Source of the DNA: an uncultured bacterium
Lineage (GTDB): Bacteria > Desulfobacterota_D > UBA1144 > Nemesobacterales > UBA2774
Direction of reading: 5' to 3'
NCBI GenBank assembly: GCA_963825135.1
Contig: CAWGRW010000009.1
Location: 544,001 to 608,000 of the forward strand
Length of the DNA: 64,000 nt
How positions within the stretch are numbered: the first letter of the stretch is position 1; each line of letters opens with the position of its first letter. Below, one piece after another: positions 61,204-64,000 of the stretch. The notes under the pieces were generated by a model. That model saw only the letters and a list, made by a program, of their open reading frames with translations. It did no database searches and was not told the origin of the DNA. The translations under genes were made by a program, and so were the position numbers.

Positions 61204-62130
61204 TCAGATCTCGGCGAGTACGGCGGAGGCCAGTCGGGCCGCCTTTTTTTGGTCAGACATGAGTGTATCGAGGACGACGGGCTTAATACCCATTTCCCTG
61301 ATCGCGTCCGCTTCCCGGGCGTCTTCCCTGTCGATAACCATGACGTCGAGGAAGTCCCGGTAGAGCCTCGCTACTCCCGCTGACGAAACCTCCAGCCCCA
61401 ATCCCCGCATCAGCTTATCGGCGGGCCCCTTGAGCGGCACCCCGCCTATGAGGGGGCTTATGGCTATAATCCTCGGCCCCTTACCCCGGAGCGCTTCTCC
61501 TATGCCCTTTACATTGAGTATCGGGCCTATGCTTATTATGGGGTTGCTCGGGCAGATAATGACCGCGTCCGCTTTCGCGATCGCTTCGATTACTCCGGGC
61601 GCCGGCCTGGCTTTCTCGATATTCCTGAATACCACTTTAAGCACATCGGGCTTCATTCTCCGCTTGACAAAATATTCCTGGAAATGCATCTCGCCCTCGC
61701 CGGTTACGATCCACGTCTCGACATCCTCGTCCGTCATGGGAAGGACCTTTATACTTTCTTTTATGCCGAAGGCCCTGGCTATGTCCGCCGTGATTTGCGT
61801 GGGGGTCAAGCCCCTCTGTCTCGATTGAGTCCTGTAAATGTGGGTCGCGAAATCTATATCCCCAATATTGAACCAGGTCTCGGAGCCGAATCTGGCGAGA
61901 GCAGAAAGGCAGGTGAAAGTATCGCCCCCTACGCCCCACCCCTTGCTCTTGTCTATAACGCCTGAAAGCCTGTATATAATGGTATCTACGTCCGGGGAGA
62001 TCCTTAAACCGTGCAAAATTATGTCGTCTCCGGTGTTTACGACGACTGACAGCGCCTCTCCGCCGATTACCTCGGATAGTCCTTCCAGGAATTTAGCGGC
62101 ACCGACGCCTCCGCCTAAGGCAGTGATCAT
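61204..62130 (-). CDS. cofD: 2-phospho-L-lactate transferase (F420 biosynthesis)
   Basis: GGGVGAAKF, VNTGDD, SPDVDT, WFNIGD.D.ATH, HFQEYFV, PSNP..SIGPIL, GPADKLM. Confidence 0.93.
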   Translation of the reverse strand: MITALGGGVGAAKFLEGLSEVIGGEALSVVVNTGDDIILHGLRISPDVDTIIYRLSGVIDKSKGWGVGGDTFTCLSALARFGSETWFNIGDIDFATHIYRTQSRQRGLTPTQITADIARAFGIKESIKVLPMTDEDVETWIVTGEGEMHFQEYFVKRRMKPDVLKVVFRNIEKARPAPGVIEAIAKADAVIICPSNPIISIGPILNVKGIGEALRGKGPRIIAISPLIGGVPLKGPADKLMRGLGLEVSSAGVARLYRDFLDVMVIDREDAREADAIREMGIKPVVLDTLMSDQKKAARLASAVLAEI

Positions 62131-62206
62131 TGGGATGAACCTTCAAGAAAAGCGAGCATCAAAAATCGCTTGTTGATATTACGACTCCGCGTTTAAGAAG
62201 GGTCTA

Positions 62207-62235
62207 AGAATATTTGAGCGCTCCCCGCCTGTCAA
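62207..62235 (-). promoter_or_regulatory. Putative sigma70 promoter of cofD
   Basis: TTGACA, 17 nt, TATTCT on the minus strand. Confidence 0.6.
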
Positions 62236-62340
62236 GTCAGCCGACCGGCCCTTACCCGGATTAGCCGTTCAGATTAGCCGCCTCCCTCCGTTAAACAACA
62301 TAATTTTCAAGCATATATGTGGTGTCCGGCCTCAGGATTG

Positions 62341-62369
62341 TTGAAACTAAGCGGGAAGTGATATAGATT
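62341..62369 (+). promoter_or_regulatory. Putative sigma70 promoter of the ppiD-like gene
   Basis: TTGAAA, 17 nt, TAGATT. Confidence 0.5.
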
Positions 62370-62406
62370 TTGATAAGAATTCAGCATACAAGGGGAATAT
62401 GATCAT

Positions 62407-64000
62407 ATGAGTCTCAACTTTATCAGGAACAGAAACAGCTGGTTTATCAGAGGCATTTTGATATTGATCGCCGTCGCTTTTATCATAGGGATAGGACGGA
62501 ATCTCAGCAACTTCGGGGCCATAACCAATGTCCGGAACAGGAGCGCCGCGGAGGTTAACGGGGAAAATGTCAGTCTCGTGAATTTCTACCTTATGAGGGA
62601 TAGCCTGAAATCGCAATTCGGCCAGAAGGGTGAAATTCCCCAGGAATACATGAGCCAGATAAACGTGATAGCTCTCAATCAGCTTATCAATCTCAAGCTG
62701 CTCGCTCAGGAAGCAAAAAAACTCGGGTTCAAGGTAACCAATGAGGAGCTGGACAACGCAATTAAATCAGACCCGGGTTTTCAGGTCGATGGAAAGTTCG
62801 TGGGCCGGGACAGGTACAAACAGTTCATTGAACGGGCCTACAAAGAGGACGTAGGAGAGTTCGAGAACTCGTACAGAGAAAGGCTTCTCGCCGCGAAGCT
62901 CGCCGCATTTATTGACGAAACCGCGATCATCACGGACGAAAACCTGTTTAGCGTCTACGAGCAGGAAAATGAGAAGATAAACCTGTACTACGTGAGATTC
63001 CCGGGGAAAGACTTTCTTGCCTCGTACGCGCCCGGGGACGGAGACATAAAGCAGTACTATGAGAAGCACAAGAACGAATTCAAAACAGCCGAGAAGAGAA
63101 AAGTACGGTATTTCACACTGAGCCCGGACGTCTTTGAAAAGAGCGTAAAGGTTTCAGACGACGAAATCGCCTCTTATTACAACGCCTACCAGGATGAATT
63201 CAAGTCCGGAGACGGAAAGCAGCTGCCGCTTTCCGATGTCAGGAAGGATATCGAATCCAAGCTGAGAGCCCAAAAGGGGGAAGTGATACGCCAGCAGTTA
63301 ATGTCCAGAATGGAGAACCCCGAGGGCGTTAACAGCGGCATCGATTCGCTCGCGAAAGAGTATGGGGCGGCAACTATAGTCCAGAGCGAGCCTTTCGCGG
63401 CTAACGAAATTATGGCCGCTATACCGCCGATGATTACACATCAGGCGTTCGGCATGGAAAAGGGGAAGGTCGCGATAACACCCGTGGGAGCCAATATCTG
63501 GGTTCTCGAGGTAATCGACGTTGTTCCCCCCAGGGAAATGAGCTTCGAGGAAGCAAAAGCGGAAGCGGCGAATTCCTTAAAACATGAAAAATCAGTTCAG
63601 CTGGCAAAAAAGAAAGCGGAGGAGTCGATAAAGAAGCTGAGCGGCGTTAAGAAGGAGAACCTCCCGGCGGAAGCGAAGAAGCTCGGCCTCGAGCTAAAGG
63701 AGACAGGCTACTTTTCGAAGTCTGAAAGAGTGCCCGGTATTAATTCCCAGCAGCTCAGCGCGGAGGCTTTTGAGCTCGACGCGAAATCCGGTGTCCCGAA
63801 CAGGATTTATACCGACGGCGATACGTTTTACATAATTTCCGTCGAGGGAACGAAAAACGCAACCCGCGAGGATTTTGATGGAGTCAAGACCGCACTCATG
63901 GAACAGGAGCTTCAGAAACAGCGGTCTCAGGTCATTCAGAAGATGATACAGGACTTGAGACGTCAGGCGGAGATTATTCCGAACAGCAGACTTTTCCCGT
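62407..64000 (+). CDS. ppiD: PpiD/SurA-N-domain periplasmic chaperone; runs off the window edge (not in the ORF track)
   Basis: Manual translation MSLNFIRNRNSWFIRGILILIAVAFIIGIG...AAEVNGENV; same frame reads LRRQAEI at the window end with no stop seen. Confidence 0.8.
   Translation, partial: MSLNFIRNRNSWFIRGILILIAVAFIIGIGRNLSNFGAITNVRNRSAAEVNGENVSLVNFYLMRDSLKSQFGQKGEIPQEYMSQINVIALNQLINLKLLAQEAKKLGFKVTNEELDNAIKSDPGFQVDGKFVGRDRYKQFIERAYKEDVGEFENSYRERLLAAKLAAFIDETAIITDENLFSVYEQENEKINLYYVRFPGKDFLASYAPGDGDIKQYYEKHKNEFKTAEKRKVRYFTLSPDVFEKSVKVSDDEIASYYNAYQDEFKSGDGKQLPLSDVRKDIESKLRAQKGEVIRQQLMSRMENPEGVNSGIDSLAKEYGAATIVQSEPFAANEIMAAIPPMITHQAFGMEKGKVAITPVGANIWVLEVIDVVPPREMSFEEAKAEAANSLKHEKSVQLAKKKAEESIKKLSGVKKENLPAEAKKLGLELKETGYFSKSERVPGINSQQLSAEAFELDAKSGVPNRIYTDGDTFYIISVEGTKNATREDFDGVKTALMEQELQKQRSQVIQKMIQDLRRQAEIIPNSRLFP

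Noticed and set aside
1..64000. CRISPR arrays, tRNA/rRNA, IS elements
   Set aside because: No spaced direct repeats, cloverleafs or transposase ORFs seen by eye; intergenic gaps are short. Not verified with tools.

Overview
Gene-dense bacterial chromosomal segment, mostly housekeeping: fadJ/fadI-like, nuoE, dnaB, aroC, prfB, nadK, glyA-nrdR-tatD-pdxA, cobB, aspC-coaD-rsmD, fmt, trpFBA, xerC-hslVU, argBDF, rimO, cofGHD and ppiD-like. Gene order suggests a deltaproteobacterial-type diderm, possibly Ca. Dadabacteria (my inference, unverified). I saw no tRNA, rRNA, CRISPR array or transposase. The stand-out locus is 9.69-17.9 kb: a sigma70-type promoter and a c-di-GMP-I (GEMM-I) riboswitch precede a 918-aa three-domain fusion of PilZ, a serine-palmitoyltransferase-like alpha-oxoamine synthase and a YghO/bacterial-ceramide-synthase-like GNAT. 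Tightly linked behind it are a PDZ/multi-TM/GAF sensor kinase, a REC-PAS-HK-REC hybrid kinase and two small unknown ORFs. This is a candidate c-di-GMP-controlled sphingolipid or amino-ketone synthesis-and-sensing system. Other oddities: an apparent +1 frameshift near the aroC start, a thiolase lacking its second catalytic Cys, several leaderless-type promoters, a signal-less solute-binding protein, a ClpX paralogue without the Zn domain, F420 genes and a 10xLysM NlpC/P60 hydrolase. All family calls come from motif recognition by eye; no database searches were run.
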